Positions 49,122-58,804 are shown, counted from the stretch's first letter. The stretch is DNA of 64,000 bases from an uncultured Gammaproteobacteria bacterium (GCA_964629685.1 CAZVTT010000001.1:833319-897318); one strand, 5' to 3'. Numbers and translations are program-made. Notes: generated from the sequence alone by a model not told the origin.

Positions 49122-50288
49122 TTATTTGACGTTCTTTTGGATAGTTAAGATCTTAGTTAGCATTAGAATTAGAGAAAACCAGGCGGCAATTCCGACAATT
49201 TTAATAGTCGGTAAAAGGATAGGCTCTATCCACCATACGGTCTCCATTACCCAGGGTGCTTCACTTAACGCGATCCAAATTGTTAGCAACGTCAATGCGG
49301 TACGCCATAGAGGAGGTCTTTGAATAAGCATAAACGGGACAATCCAGGTGGTCCATTGGGCTCCAAAACCCAAACTAAATACAAAGAAGAAAAGTATAAT
49401 TAAAAATAGTTCTTCCGTAAGTGATTGTCTCTTTAACTTAAGTGAAAAATAACTAAACCCTACTAAAAAAAGTGTGCTAAGTATTTTAAACGCTTTTAAA
49501 ATTAGCGGACTATAGTCACGGTATGCAAAGAAAATTATGCTGGTAATACCCCATGTCCCGATTATGCCACGGTATGTCATCATTGGTCGTGCAATTTGAT
49601 ATAACGACACGTTGTACCAGAGGCTATAGCCTACAACTGCAGCAGTGACGCCTGCTGCAACAATGAGAATAAATATCGTTTTATGCTGTGCGCGTTTTAA
49701 TAACGGAAATATAAAAATAACCGGCCAGGTTTTTGCCAACACACCCAACATGAAAGCCGTATAGGCATTTCCTTCTTTTTTATTGTTGATAAAATAAGCA
49801 GATAACAGCAGAAAAAATGCGGCTAATATATCCGATTGTCCGTGGACAGTCGTTATTAGGAAGCTTATTGGATTTAGCGCGTACAATAATGCCGTCTTTC
49901 CTTTATCCTGTATCATCTTTGCCAGAATTACTATTATTCCTACATCAAATACTGAAAAAAATACTTTTAGCAATCCCATTTGTGGAATACCAAATTGTTT
50001 TTCCGCGGCTAGCGCCAGTGCATCTATATAGTGAAAAGGAGGAAGATAAAATGTAGAGTAATGTCCTGTTGAAGGGTCATAATACATGTTCTCTCCGGCT
50101 AGAATTTTTGTGCCGACTTCACGTCTGAATTCGGTATCATGATTTACGACATATACGAAATATGTTGTTCCCAACAATTTAATTAATATTCCAAGTAGCA
50201 CGATGGATGTAATCGAAAGTCTGATTTTCGCATTTTGGAAAAAAAACATTCCGCATAGCAGTAATGTTGCTACTATAAGTACCGACAT
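49122..50288 (-). CDS. Polytopic membrane protein, GT-C-like (possible DUF2029/GT87-type mannosyltransferase)
   Basis: It has about 11 TM helices and a periplasmic-loop motif region (...HDTEF...YYDPSTGHY...). I cannot name the family, so the assignment is weak. Confidence 0.3.
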   Translation of the reverse strand: MSVLIVATLLLCGMFFFQNAKIRLSITSIVLLGILIKLLGTTYFVYVVNHDTEFRREVGTKILAGENMYYDPSTGHYSTFYLPPFHYIDALALAAEKQFGIPQMGLLKVFFSVFDVGIIVILAKMIQDKGKTALLYALNPISFLITTVHGQSDILAAFFLLLSAYFINNKKEGNAYTAFMLGVLAKTWPVIFIFPLLKRAQHKTIFILIVAAGVTAAVVGYSLWYNVSLYQIARPMMTYRGIIGTWGITSIIFFAYRDYSPLILKAFKILSTLFLVGFSYFSLKLKRQSLTEELFLIILFFFVFSLGFGAQWTTWIVPFMLIQRPPLWRTALTLLTIWIALSEAPWVMETVWWIEPILLPTIKIVGIAAWFSLILMLTKILTIQKNVK

Positions 50289-50422
50289 ACCCCACAGTTT
50301 ACCCGAAAGGTTAGTTCAGATCAAAGATTAATATCAACTTAGAATGTACACAAAATATGTCCTATAAATTTTAAAATACTGAATCCAACCGGTATAATGG
50401 GAACAAAGTACTGATAAATACT

Positions 50423-51235
50423 ATGAAATTACTCTTTGTGATCCCTGCATTTCAACCGGAAGTTAGTGTGTTTACGCAATTACTAAAACAATTAGAGGCG
50501 TATCCGGTGTTTATTCGGGATAATACGGAAAACATACAGAAATCCGTTAATTTTCTGGTGAAACGGGGTAAAATCAAATTACCACCCTCAGTCATACTTT
50601 CAGCGGAAGGTAAAAATATTGGCTACGCTGCTGCCGTTAATTTGGGTTTAAACTTCGGATATAAAAATGGCTATGACTGGATAGTTATTTGTAACGACGA
50701 TATAAAAATATCCAGTTCGTTTATACCCGGTGTTGTAAAGGAATTGCAGAAAATACCAAAAGGTATAGCCGGTTCATTTCCCGGCCTTTTGGAAAAAAAT
50801 AGGTGGTCCACCAAAGTCGATTTAGGGCATAATACTGGGTTAAATCCGGAATATTTTTCCGGATCATTTTGGGCTATTCACCGTAGCACAGTTGAATCCG
50901 TGGGTTATCTGTACGAGCCATATTTCTTGTACTATGAAGAAGTTGAATATTGCGTCCGTGCGAAAAAGAGCCAATTCAGTTTTACAGTCCTCAAAACGAA
51001 GGGAATAGAACACAATGATACCCGTTCGCTAGGAAAAGGTTCTTTGCAACATCGGTACTATCTTGCGCGGAATCATCTGTTATTTGTAAAACGAAATGCG
51101 CCACTATCTGTTAAACTACATGAATTATTCCGGTTACCCAAAACTATACTTGAAGCGTATAGAAATCACGATACCGGAAGTCTTTTAGGAATTAAGGATT
51201 ATTTATTGCGAAAATTCGGACCAAGTACAAAGTAA
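50423..51235 (+). CDS. Glycosyltransferase family 2 (GT-A)
   Basis: N-terminal ...KLLFVIPAFQPEV... is followed by ...GYAAAVNLG... and ...VICNDDIKI... (DXD). Confidence 0.6.
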   Translation: MKLLFVIPAFQPEVSVFTQLLKQLEAYPVFIRDNTENIQKSVNFLVKRGKIKLPPSVILSAEGKNIGYAAAVNLGLNFGYKNGYDWIVICNDDIKISSSFIPGVVKELQKIPKGIAGSFPGLLEKNRWSTKVDLGHNTGLNPEYFSGSFWAIHRSTVESVGYLYEPYFLYYEEVEYCVRAKKSQFSFTVLKTKGIEHNDTRSLGKGSLQHRYYLARNHLLFVKRNAPLSVKLHELFRLPKTILEAYRNHDTGSLLGIKDYLLRKFGPSTK

Positions 51236-51265
51236 TACGCTCTACCTGCCTCAAATGATTTGCGC

Positions 51266-52861
51266 ATGATGCAACAATCCGGTTTAATCCGATTTCCATA
51301 CATACTGTTTATTCTGTGTGTTTTATTCTTCGGATTCTTTTCTTTGGCAAATATTGATACTCACCATGACGGGCTAATGCTAAAACCGGCTCTGGATGTC
51401 GTAGAGGGGAAAATATTGTTCCGGGATACGTTTACGCAATATGGGGCATTTACCGTTTATTTTCAGGCATTGGCAATGAAATTATTCGGTTCACAGCTAT
51501 TAGCATTGCGGTTTTCTACCGTACTCGCATATGCGGGTGTTGCCGTATTGCTTTGGAAAATAATCCGCTTTCTAGCGCCGTCAGTAATAGCCGGTGCTGT
51601 ATTTTTACTCTGGATAGCCCTGGCACCGATTTACGGTCAGTATTTTCATGCATGGTCATCCGTATATGCGCTCCTGTTTCAGTGTTTGGCGATACTCTTT
51701 CTATGGAAATATATAGAAAATCAAAACCGGAAATATATATTTGCCACCGGTTTTTGTACCGCAGCTACGTTCTGGTCCAGACAGCCTGTGGGAATTTTTC
51801 TTGCCGTCGGAGTAGGATTTATTCTGTTATTATTTACAGATTTTAGATTAACATCTCCCAAACGGCTTCCGGTAAACATGCTGGCTTTTATTGCCGGTAT
51901 GTTGTTGGGCGTTATTCCGCTGTTATTGTATTTACATAGCAACAATGCGGTTTGGGATTTTTGGCTGCAATCTATAGCACTGGGGCAGTCTTTTGCTCAT
52001 ACCATACGCGGTACCGGACTGAGACAAATTCTTACCGGGTTATTTATTCCCAGATGTGTACTGCATTCTCCGAATTGTTGGATATGGATTATGCTTCCGC
52101 TGACAACGATTGGTTTATCTGGTATTTCCTTTTGGCGATCACTCAACTCCGCTTCAGTCGATCATAATAATATTAGCCTGATTGTGCTGGGTATAATTAG
52201 TTTGGCCTCCTGGATGCAATATTATCCGGTTCCTGAGCCGTCTCACTTTTTTTGGGCAGCGACGCCAATGTTCGGATTACTTGCCGTGTTAATCCGGAAA
52301 ATGATTTTCTTCCCAAAAATTAACTCAAAGTTCTTTGAACTCGGGGTATACGTTGTAGTTCTTTGTTTTTTTGGCATCAGAATAAGCGAAGGGTACACCA
52401 GGGTAATGGCAGCAGAGAGTTATCTGGAACGACCGCCGTACTTTTCCGGAATTCGGGTTACGGCCGACGAGAAACAATTCTATGATCAATTGACTGAAGT
52501 TTTAGCCGCGTATTTTAAACAATTTCCAACTAAGACATATATTAATCATTCGTTAGATGCCATGCTTGTTCTCTTGGATTCACCACATTATTACCCTGCG
52601 CATAAAGTGTATGTAAATTGGGACTTTGTAAATTTTTCCATTTATCCTGAATATCAGGATGATGTTGCTACATATGTCCAAAAAACACATCCCCTGATTT
52701 TTACGCGTGATGTTTCCAGATTTGGCGACTACTGTAGTATTGCTGTTCCCAGTAATCAGAATCCTCCGGTACAGTTATTAATTTGGAGGGGTGATGTTGA
52801 ACTATACTCACAACTAGATGTATCGGTTCAACACCCTGTTTACTGCAACACAGCTAATTAG
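51266..52861 (+). CDS. GT-C fold polytopic glycosyltransferase (ArnT/PMT-like)
   Basis: ATG at 51266; the ORF track starts at a TTG at 51260. More than 12 TM helices and an N-terminal loop (...ANIDTHHDGLMLKPALDV...) resemble lipid-linked-sugar-dependent glycosyltransferases. Confidence 0.45.
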   Translation: MMQQSGLIRFPYILFILCVLFFGFFSLANIDTHHDGLMLKPALDVVEGKILFRDTFTQYGAFTVYFQALAMKLFGSQLLALRFSTVLAYAGVAVLLWKIIRFLAPSVIAGAVFLLWIALAPIYGQYFHAWSSVYALLFQCLAILFLWKYIENQNRKYIFATGFCTAATFWSRQPVGIFLAVGVGFILLLFTDFRLTSPKRLPVNMLAFIAGMLLGVIPLLLYLHSNNAVWDFWLQSIALGQSFAHTIRGTGLRQILTGLFIPRCVLHSPNCWIWIMLPLTTIGLSGISFWRSLNSASVDHNNISLIVLGIISLASWMQYYPVPEPSHFFWAATPMFGLLAVLIRKMIFFPKINSKFFELGVYVVVLCFFGIRISEGYTRVMAAESYLERPPYFSGIRVTADEKQFYDQLTEVLAAYFKQFPTKTYINHSLDAMLVLLDSPHYYPAHKVYVNWDFVNFSIYPEYQDDVATYVQKTHPLIFTRDVSRFGDYCSIAVPSNQNPPVQLLIWRGDVELYSQLDVSVQHPVYCNTAN

Positions 52862-52884
52862 TTGGGATATGAATGTGAAGGCAA

Positions 52885-52909
52885 TTAACCGAACAGGTAT
52901 TTCGGTTAA
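52885..52909. terminator. Perfect 9-bp hairpin (TTAACCGAA-CAGGTAT-TTCGGTTAA) between convergent genes, overlapping the nusG stop
   Basis: This is read directly from the sequence. The U-tracts are weak on both strands (AGTTTGCTT on the plus strand). Confidence 0.35.
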
Positions 52910-53517
52910 AGTTTGCTTACCTGCAGGAAGTCCAATTCTACCGGGGTTTCACGTCCGAAGATGGAAACAAGTACTTTTACTTTGCCCTTGGCTTCATCAA
53001 TTGAATCTATAGAGCCCAGGAAGTCGGCAAATGGACCATCAACGATCTTAACAGCTTCTCCGACGGAGAATGAAGCTTTGTATTTGGGAGCTTCTAACTG
53101 CATGAATTTTAGGATGGTTTCTACTTCTTTATCAGAAATTGGCGTGGGTTTATTTCCGGCTCCTACGAATGCGGTTACACCTTGTGTGGTACGCACTGCC
53201 AACCAGGATTCGTCATCCAAAAGCATCTTAACCAGTATATAACCAGGGAATATTTTCTCTTTTTGTTCTTCTTTCTTACCGTGTTTAACAGTAACGATAT
53301 TTCTGGTGGGAACCACAATCTCGAATATTTTGCCTTCGAGCTTCATGGTTTCTATACGTTGTTTCAAGTTCGTTGCAACTTTATTCTCGTGACCGGAATA
53401 TGTATGGACAACATACCAACGGGCATTAGTCGGGGCTACCGGTTTTGGGGTAGATGCCGCTGCTACGGGAGCCTGTACTGTAGACTCAGAGACCTGTGTT
53501 TCCGTATTCGTATCCAT
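52906..53517 (-). CDS. nusG: Transcription termination/antitermination factor NusG
   Basis: ...ARWYVVHTYSGHENKV... is the NGN domain and the C-terminal ...FSVGEAVKIVDGPFADFLGSIDSID... is the KOW domain. A 40-aa Ala/Pro-rich N-terminal extension precedes the NGN domain. Confidence 0.85.
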   Translation of the reverse strand: MDTNTETQVSESTVQAPVAAASTPKPVAPTNARWYVVHTYSGHENKVATNLKQRIETMKLEGKIFEIVVPTRNIVTVKHGKKEEQKEKIFPGYILVKMLLDDESWLAVRTTQGVTAFVGAGNKPTPISDKEVETILKFMQLEAPKYKASFSVGEAVKIVDGPFADFLGSIDSIDEAKGKVKVLVSIFGRETPVELDFLQVSKL

Positions 53518-53534
53518 AAAATTAATCCTTTACC

Positions 53535-53741
53535 TTAAAAAAGAAATGATGTTATCCGAACCATAAGGACGTCCAGTCCACCGACGAAAACGCCAACCAG
53601 CGTTGAAACGATAATAACCATCAGTGTTAACTTTATCGTTTCTTCCCGGGTCGGCCAGGTTACTTTTTTAAGTTCCGCGACTACTTCGCGTATAAAAGTG
53701 ACTGGCGGTAAACTCGGTACTTTCGGTGTCGCTGCTGCCAT
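53535..53741 (-). CDS. secE: Preprotein translocase subunit SecE
   Basis: The 68-aa protein carries ...EVVAELKKVTWPTREETIKLTLMVIIVSTLVGVFVGGLD.... It lies immediately upstream of nusG, the conserved arrangement. Confidence 0.8.
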   Translation of the reverse strand: MAAATPKVPSLPPVTFIREVVAELKKVTWPTREETIKLTLMVIIVSTLVGVFVGGLDVLMVRITSFLF

Positions 53742-53762
53742 GTTAGGTTACGTTAAACTACC

Positions 53763-53780
53763 AAAAACCCCTCCCCGGGG
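53763..53780 (-). terminator. Short GC hairpin plus T5, possible terminator of the upstream large gene
   Basis: On the minus strand the sequence reads CCCC-GGGGA-GGGG followed by TTTTT. The stem is short, so confidence is low. Confidence 0.3.
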
Positions 53781-53845
53781 TCTAATGACATTATGGTAGC
53801 AGAAAAAAGCCTTTTTGTAAAGCCGGTACGGACTGAAAGTAAATA

Positions 53846-56326
53846 CTATGAGCCTTGAACCAGTCTGCAGCTATCCTGTAAACCGCTCGTAAATCCGGTC
53901 AAAAATCCATACCAGGTCCGTACGCCATTGGGAAAATTGGGGTTAGCAGTAAAACTGGTACAGTTCGGCCAGCCAGCTTCACCGGAATATCTGCACATAA
54001 AACCCATAAATGTTTGTGAGGCGTTTACGACACTTCCCAGACACCTCACTTGTGTCTGTGTAGCCGCAGGTGCACCTCCTGGAGGGTTTATTCCCGGACC
54101 ACAACCCATTCCGGTTGCCTGTGTAGCTCCACCAGCTGCAGATTCTTCTATCCATAAGGTAAGCGCAAAGAGGGGATTTATTCCTAATCCCGCTGCTGAA
54201 TTTTGTACATCCTGCCATTGCTGCCGCAGGTTTTGGGTACCTATAGCCTGATAACTGGGGTAGTACCGAACCATTAAATCTGCCGCACGGTTTATGGTCT
54301 CTTGTGTCGCTCTGCAACTGGTATCCTTAAATGGTATGGTGTATCCCAGCTGGCCGGGAGCAGAAACCCCTACATCCTCCGGTCCGGGTGACGGTGCGGG
54401 TATTTGCCCTAAAGAGTTGGGTTTGCCGGGCGGCGGAACTTCCGTTCGTCCGAACGTAAAATCGGTATCACAACCGAGTTGCGGTTTTTCTTCCTGGGTT
54501 ATATGTGAAGACACACCGCATCTCATGGCTTTAGCCTGAAATTCCGCTTTAAATAAATTTGTGCTGGTTTCTATATTGTTGGTATTCCCAAGCGGATCCT
54601 GATAACTGTTATTTACCCGCGATATCTCGGTTACTTCGGGGTCGTTCATAATTGCCGGCATTCTGGCGTTTGCCAGAACATCCTGATTCCTGGCAATAGC
54701 CTGGCTACGGGACATATAATTCCAGGATTGCACATGGCCAACACTAACAGGTTGCGGTGCGCCATTAACAGGATCAATAATACGGGCGATTAAATCAACA
54801 ATCCCCTGGATGCCTCTTAATACGACGTTAATAACAGGGGAGCCTCCCCCTAAGGCTCCATACGGGTTAGAACCGGTACTTCCCGTTTGGTTTATGGATG
54901 GCTGCTGTCCGTCTATTTGTTCATTACAGTCTCCTTCATCGAGTGTCATTTCTTCCGGAAGCTTATTGTTGTTGTCCCGTACAAAGTTGGGGGCATTAGG
55001 GTCAAGCACACCAGGACCCATCGCTGCCTGCAACCATTCCGTGCCGTCATCTGCAGTGTTAATCGTTCTATCCGGACCGGATTTTATGAGGTCTTCACCT
55101 TTTGTAACTCTATTGGGTGTGCAGATCTGGGATTTAAAGGACATAGTGTGATCCCTGGTGCTCATAACGGTTCTGTCTTTGGTAATCCAGGGCATATAAT
55201 CATTGGTTACTGCGCCTTCTAGTAAATTCGTTCGTGCAAACCAATTGCCGTACCATAGATTGGGTTTGCGGTAGTCAGGGTCAGATGGCGCAGGGATTAG
55301 GGCAGAAATATCCCGGGTAATATTTAAGCCCGTAAAATTATCGATAATATCCGTTAGTCCTGCCAAAACGGTAAGCGGAATTTGTTGATTTACATATTTA
55401 GTGGCTACTTTACAAATTGGCTGCTTTTTCCCGAAACCGGCACAGAGGTCAGTTTGAGCCGTCCATTTTTCCGGGAGATTGTTCGGGTTGGAAAAATCAA
55501 TGCTCTGATACCAGGCACACAATCCTTTATTTTCACAGTACATGAGTACTTCACCTACTCCCGCTCCGCTTATATTTAAGAGTGCCATCATTTGTCCGGA
55601 ATATGCCCCGCATCTGGCAGGACCGTGAAAAATAAGTTCGTTTACGGATCCCAAATCGCCAGTAAAAGGAGCGTCACAGGAAGTTGCAGCAGACATGGGG
55701 CGGGATTCATATACGGAAGTATATTCGTATCCGGCATTTTTGGCGTTGATTGCATTCGTATCGCCACATGCTAATTGCAGTTTTGTAAGCGTTCCGCCGG
55801 CATTTGGGTTGCTGAGATCGGTAATCCGTTGCATGGCATCCGCACCGTTACGGCAGTTTACTGTATTTGCCCAGGTCGTGTCCTCCAAAAATGCAATACG
55901 TCCGGCTTCAATTTCGTACGTGAGATGTTTCTCGTTCGAGCGTTGAATTACGTATTTTCGTCCTGTTGCCGGATCAGTATAGCCATAAACGCTATTTTTA
56001 ACTCCTCCCCAGCTAACATCGGCAGCGTAAACATATGCATCGAATTTGCAGGTCGTGGATTCTTCGGTTGCGTTAGCGCATGGAGTTATGAAATTAATTG
56101 TTTGGTTTGGCGAAAGTCCGCCACTGGGACAAACAGCCGGGGGAATTACCAAATCTCCTGATCCTGCACCGCCTTCTACATTTACACAGGATTGCTGTGG
56201 TGTAAAAAATCCGGGTCGTCTCCCGTCAGGTTTCGGCACAGGCGTTTGCGCATAAGAAACTCCCCTAAACAGTGTGAGGGTAATTATTAGACTACAAACC
56301 GTACCGACGAGCGATTTTCTCGTCAT
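53846..56326 (-). CDS. Large secreted cysteine-rich protein of unknown function (826 aa)
   Basis: ATG at 56326 (MTRKSLVGTVCSLIITLTLFRGVSYAQ) begins a signal peptide. There are about 38 Cys residues. I recognise no confident domain. The C-terminal ...LWIEESAAGGATQATGMGCG... is only faintly reminiscent of a lytic-transglycosylase ES motif. Confidence 0.5.
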   Translation of the reverse strand: MTRKSLVGTVCSLIITLTLFRGVSYAQTPVPKPDGRRPGFFTPQQSCVNVEGGAGSGDLVIPPAVCPSGGLSPNQTINFITPCANATEESTTCKFDAYVYAADVSWGGVKNSVYGYTDPATGRKYVIQRSNEKHLTYEIEAGRIAFLEDTTWANTVNCRNGADAMQRITDLSNPNAGGTLTKLQLACGDTNAINAKNAGYEYTSVYESRPMSAATSCDAPFTGDLGSVNELIFHGPARCGAYSGQMMALLNISGAGVGEVLMYCENKGLCAWYQSIDFSNPNNLPEKWTAQTDLCAGFGKKQPICKVATKYVNQQIPLTVLAGLTDIIDNFTGLNITRDISALIPAPSDPDYRKPNLWYGNWFARTNLLEGAVTNDYMPWITKDRTVMSTRDHTMSFKSQICTPNRVTKGEDLIKSGPDRTINTADDGTEWLQAAMGPGVLDPNAPNFVRDNNNKLPEEMTLDEGDCNEQIDGQQPSINQTGSTGSNPYGALGGGSPVINVVLRGIQGIVDLIARIIDPVNGAPQPVSVGHVQSWNYMSRSQAIARNQDVLANARMPAIMNDPEVTEISRVNNSYQDPLGNTNNIETSTNLFKAEFQAKAMRCGVSSHITQEEKPQLGCDTDFTFGRTEVPPPGKPNSLGQIPAPSPGPEDVGVSAPGQLGYTIPFKDTSCRATQETINRAADLMVRYYPSYQAIGTQNLRQQWQDVQNSAAGLGINPLFALTLWIEESAAGGATQATGMGCGPGINPPGGAPAATQTQVRCLGSVVNASQTFMGFMCRYSGEAGWPNCTSFTANPNFPNGVRTWYGFLTGFTSGLQDSCRLVQGS

Positions 56327-56349
56327 AAATGCATCATAATGATAACAAA

Positions 56350-56379
56350 TTGACAAAGCTTTTGCATCGTAAGTACAAT
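56350..56379 (+). promoter_or_regulatory. Sigma70-like promoter for galU
   Basis: TTGACA at 56350-56355, an 18-nt spacer and TACAAT at 56374-56379. An AGGAG RBS lies 8 nt before the ATG at 56412. Confidence 0.45.
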
Positions 56380-56411
56380 AAGGAACACAATCCTGAAAGG
56401 AGATCGAGTAT

Positions 56412-57284
56412 ATGGCGCAAAAAATCAGAAAAGCAGTTATTCCGGCAGCGGGGTTTGGTACCCGCTTTCTGCCTCAGACTAAAGCCATGCCCAAGGAAAT
56501 GCTTCCGATTGTCGATAAGCCGGTAATTCAGTATGTAGTTGAAGAACTAGTTGCATCCGGGATTACCGATATAGTTATAGTCACCGGATGGCATAAGCGT
56601 TCAATCGAAGACCATTTTGATTATCCGTATGAGCTTATAAAAACACTTGAGCAGCAGAAAAAAGAGAAACTTCTGGATGAGGTGAAAAAAACTGCCGAAT
56701 TGGCAAATTTTATTTATATCCGTCAGAAGGGTCCGTACGGTAACGGTACTCCCGTTCGTTGTGCACGACAGGTGGTGGGAGATGAGCCATTTGTAGTCAT
56801 ATGGGGAGACGAATTTATTTACGCAGATCCGGCCCGGGCAAAACAATGTATCGATGTTTATGAAAAGTATGGAGATCCGGTTATATCCGCAGTACGTGTG
56901 CCAAAACACGACGTATCCCGATACGGCATCGTTGATGCTACAAATGTCGAGAAAAATATTTGGCAAATTAACAAACTTGTGGAAAAACCGTCAGAGGATG
57001 AAGCACCCTCTAACTTAGCTGCACACGGTTGTTATGTGTTAACCCCAGATATTTTCCCGATTTTGGAGAACCTGACACCGGGAAAGAGCGATGAAATTTG
57101 GTTAACCGATGCTATTCAGACATTAATGAAAACGCGTCCCGTATATGCTTGCGAAGTATTAAACGGGAAATACTACGACACAGGGAATAAACTTGAGTAT
57201 TTAAAAACAGTTGTAGCTTTTGCATTGCAGCATAAAGACCTAAACGGTGAATTCAGAGCTTATCTGAAGAGTTTAGATCTTTAA
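56412..57284 (+). CDS. galU: UTP--glucose-1-phosphate uridylyltransferase
   Basis: KAVIPAAGFGTRFLPQTKAMPKEMLPIVDKPVIQYVVEE is the canonical GalU N-terminus. Confidence 0.85.
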   Translation: MAQKIRKAVIPAAGFGTRFLPQTKAMPKEMLPIVDKPVIQYVVEELVASGITDIVIVTGWHKRSIEDHFDYPYELIKTLEQQKKEKLLDEVKKTAELANFIYIRQKGPYGNGTPVRCARQVVGDEPFVVIWGDEFIYADPARAKQCIDVYEKYGDPVISAVRVPKHDVSRYGIVDATNVEKNIWQINKLVEKPSEDEAPSNLAAHGCYVLTPDIFPILENLTPGKSDEIWLTDAIQTLMKTRPVYACEVLNGKYYDTGNKLEYLKTVVAFALQHKDLNGEFRAYLKSLDL

Positions 57285-57311
57285 TGTCCGTTTGCTGAGT
57301 TGTAGGTACCT

Positions 57312-57866
57312 ATGGCACGATCGAAAGTGGTGTTGCGGGTAAAAGGATTCGGATTTTTATTGTGGCACGGTCGCCATTATGCGTATCACATCCTTATAGG
57401 ATTGCTTTGGGCATGGGTTGTGCGTGAAATTTTTGAGACGTTTAGTGCCCGGGATATCTTTGTGGCTATTCTCGGGTCTTTGCTTCCAGATTTGGATCAT
57501 CTTGTTTACTGGTTGAGTTGGGGTAAACATGATGATTATACGGTTAAAATAATTGAACTATTCCGTACCAGGCAATGGCGAAATTTCGTTGTATTTTGTG
57601 AACGTTCCCACAAGCACAATACGAGCCTCATGACGCATAATATCTACTTTATGTTGCTTATATCCTTAATCGCTGGTATCGCTTTCTATTTTGACCGGCG
57701 GACAAGCTTAGTGTTTTTGGGAGCCATGGTATCCCATTATTCATTTGATATTTTTGATGATATTGCGACGTTGGGGTATATTAATTCCAATTGGAAGCGA
57801 TGGGGCCGGAAGAAGCCCGGAAAGAACAAACACGGTATGTCTGCTGCTCAGGTTAAGGAACAATAA
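57312..57866 (+). CDS. DUF457-like membrane-bound metal-dependent hydrolase family protein
   Basis: The motif ...GSLLPDLDHLVYW... sits between TM helices. The assignment is tentative. Confidence 0.35.
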   Translation: MARSKVVLRVKGFGFLLWHGRHYAYHILIGLLWAWVVREIFETFSARDIFVAILGSLLPDLDHLVYWLSWGKHDDYTVKIIELFRTRQWRNFVVFCERSHKHNTSLMTHNIYFMLLISLIAGIAFYFDRRTSLVFLGAMVSHYSFDIFDDIATLGYINSNWKRWGRKKPGKNKHGMSAAQVKEQ

Positions 57867-58602
57867 TCTGATACGTTCCGGATGAGATCGTTTCTTTTCC
57901 TATTTGCATTACGAAGTAATAAGAGTATTTACCCGGCATTAATAGCGGTATCCTTGCGTAGTGTTGGTTTCCGTCTAAAGAACTCATTTCTATTCCGTGT
58001 TCATACTTAGGTTTTATAACGAGTTGAACTTTACCCGCCGTTCTAGTAGTAGCTAAAAAAAGTACCGATCGGTCACCGCTGTTTACTATGGCGTGCTGTT
58101 CGGTAATGATTTCGGATGCCTCTGTCGTAGTCCGATTGCGACTATTTATAGACACAACGGTGACAGCAAATCCTGCCGAAAGCAGTACAAACCCAAACGA
58201 GGCCAACAGAAAGCCAGTTATTGAGGATACCGGAATATTCCATAATTTGAAGTAATTAAGTTTGGTTTCCTGTGCAATCTTAAATTTTAGGAGTTCCCCA
58301 TTTTCAAAGTAGTATCCGTGTCGATCCGGACACTGCCATACGGCAACGTTGGGAGGAATACTATCACTTCGGGCAAGTAATAGTTTTTTTGTACATATGG
58401 GGCAAGAAGGTATGGAAGGGATTTTGCTACCATGTTTAACGTTTCGGTTTCGTTTTACCTCATGCGCTTTAATAAAATTGGCGGAGAAACTGTCTAGCCA
58501 GTACGATTCACAGCGCGGGCAGCGGTAGTGAGTAATACTAATTCCCTGGTGATCTGTATGTACATGTTTTTCAAGTTCAGCATCACCATTGGGGCACCGC
58601 AT
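57853..58602 (-). CDS. Membrane protein with two N-terminal zinc ribbons and a C-terminal extracytoplasmic beta-rich domain
   Basis: CPNGDA...YRCPRCE and CPICTKK...WQCPDRH are two C4 ribbons. A TM helix (ITGFLLASFGFVLLSAGFAV) follows, then a 110-aa C-terminal domain. Confidence 0.4.
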   Translation of the reverse strand: MRCPNGDAELEKHVHTDHQGISITHYRCPRCESYWLDSFSANFIKAHEVKRNRNVKHGSKIPSIPSCPICTKKLLLARSDSIPPNVAVWQCPDRHGYYFENGELLKFKIAQETKLNYFKLWNIPVSSITGFLLASFGFVLLSAGFAVTVVSINSRNRTTTEASEIITEQHAIVNSGDRSVLFLATTRTAGKVQLVIKPKYEHGIEMSSLDGNQHYARIPLLMPGKYSYYFVMQIGKETISSGTYQIIVP

Positions 58603-58804
58603 ATCTTCATTATAGTGATCTGTAATTTAATGAAACAAGGGGAAAAGTGAAGTCTTTGAAAACTGCAGATATCTTAATATCAAATTTGAGTAGCTTAAGC
58701 GGGATCTGAAGAAATGCACAGCAGAAATCCCCGCGGATATCAGCCGTAAATGGCATATGATTTATCTATACACGGGTATGTTGTGCTTTAACGAATCAGA
58801 AAAA

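Noticed and set aside
53742-53845. Expected tRNA-Trp upstream of secE (conserved tRNA-Trp-secE-nusG arrangement)
   Set aside because: I could not fold a cloverleaf from either strand of this 104-nt gap. Only a short GC hairpin is visible.
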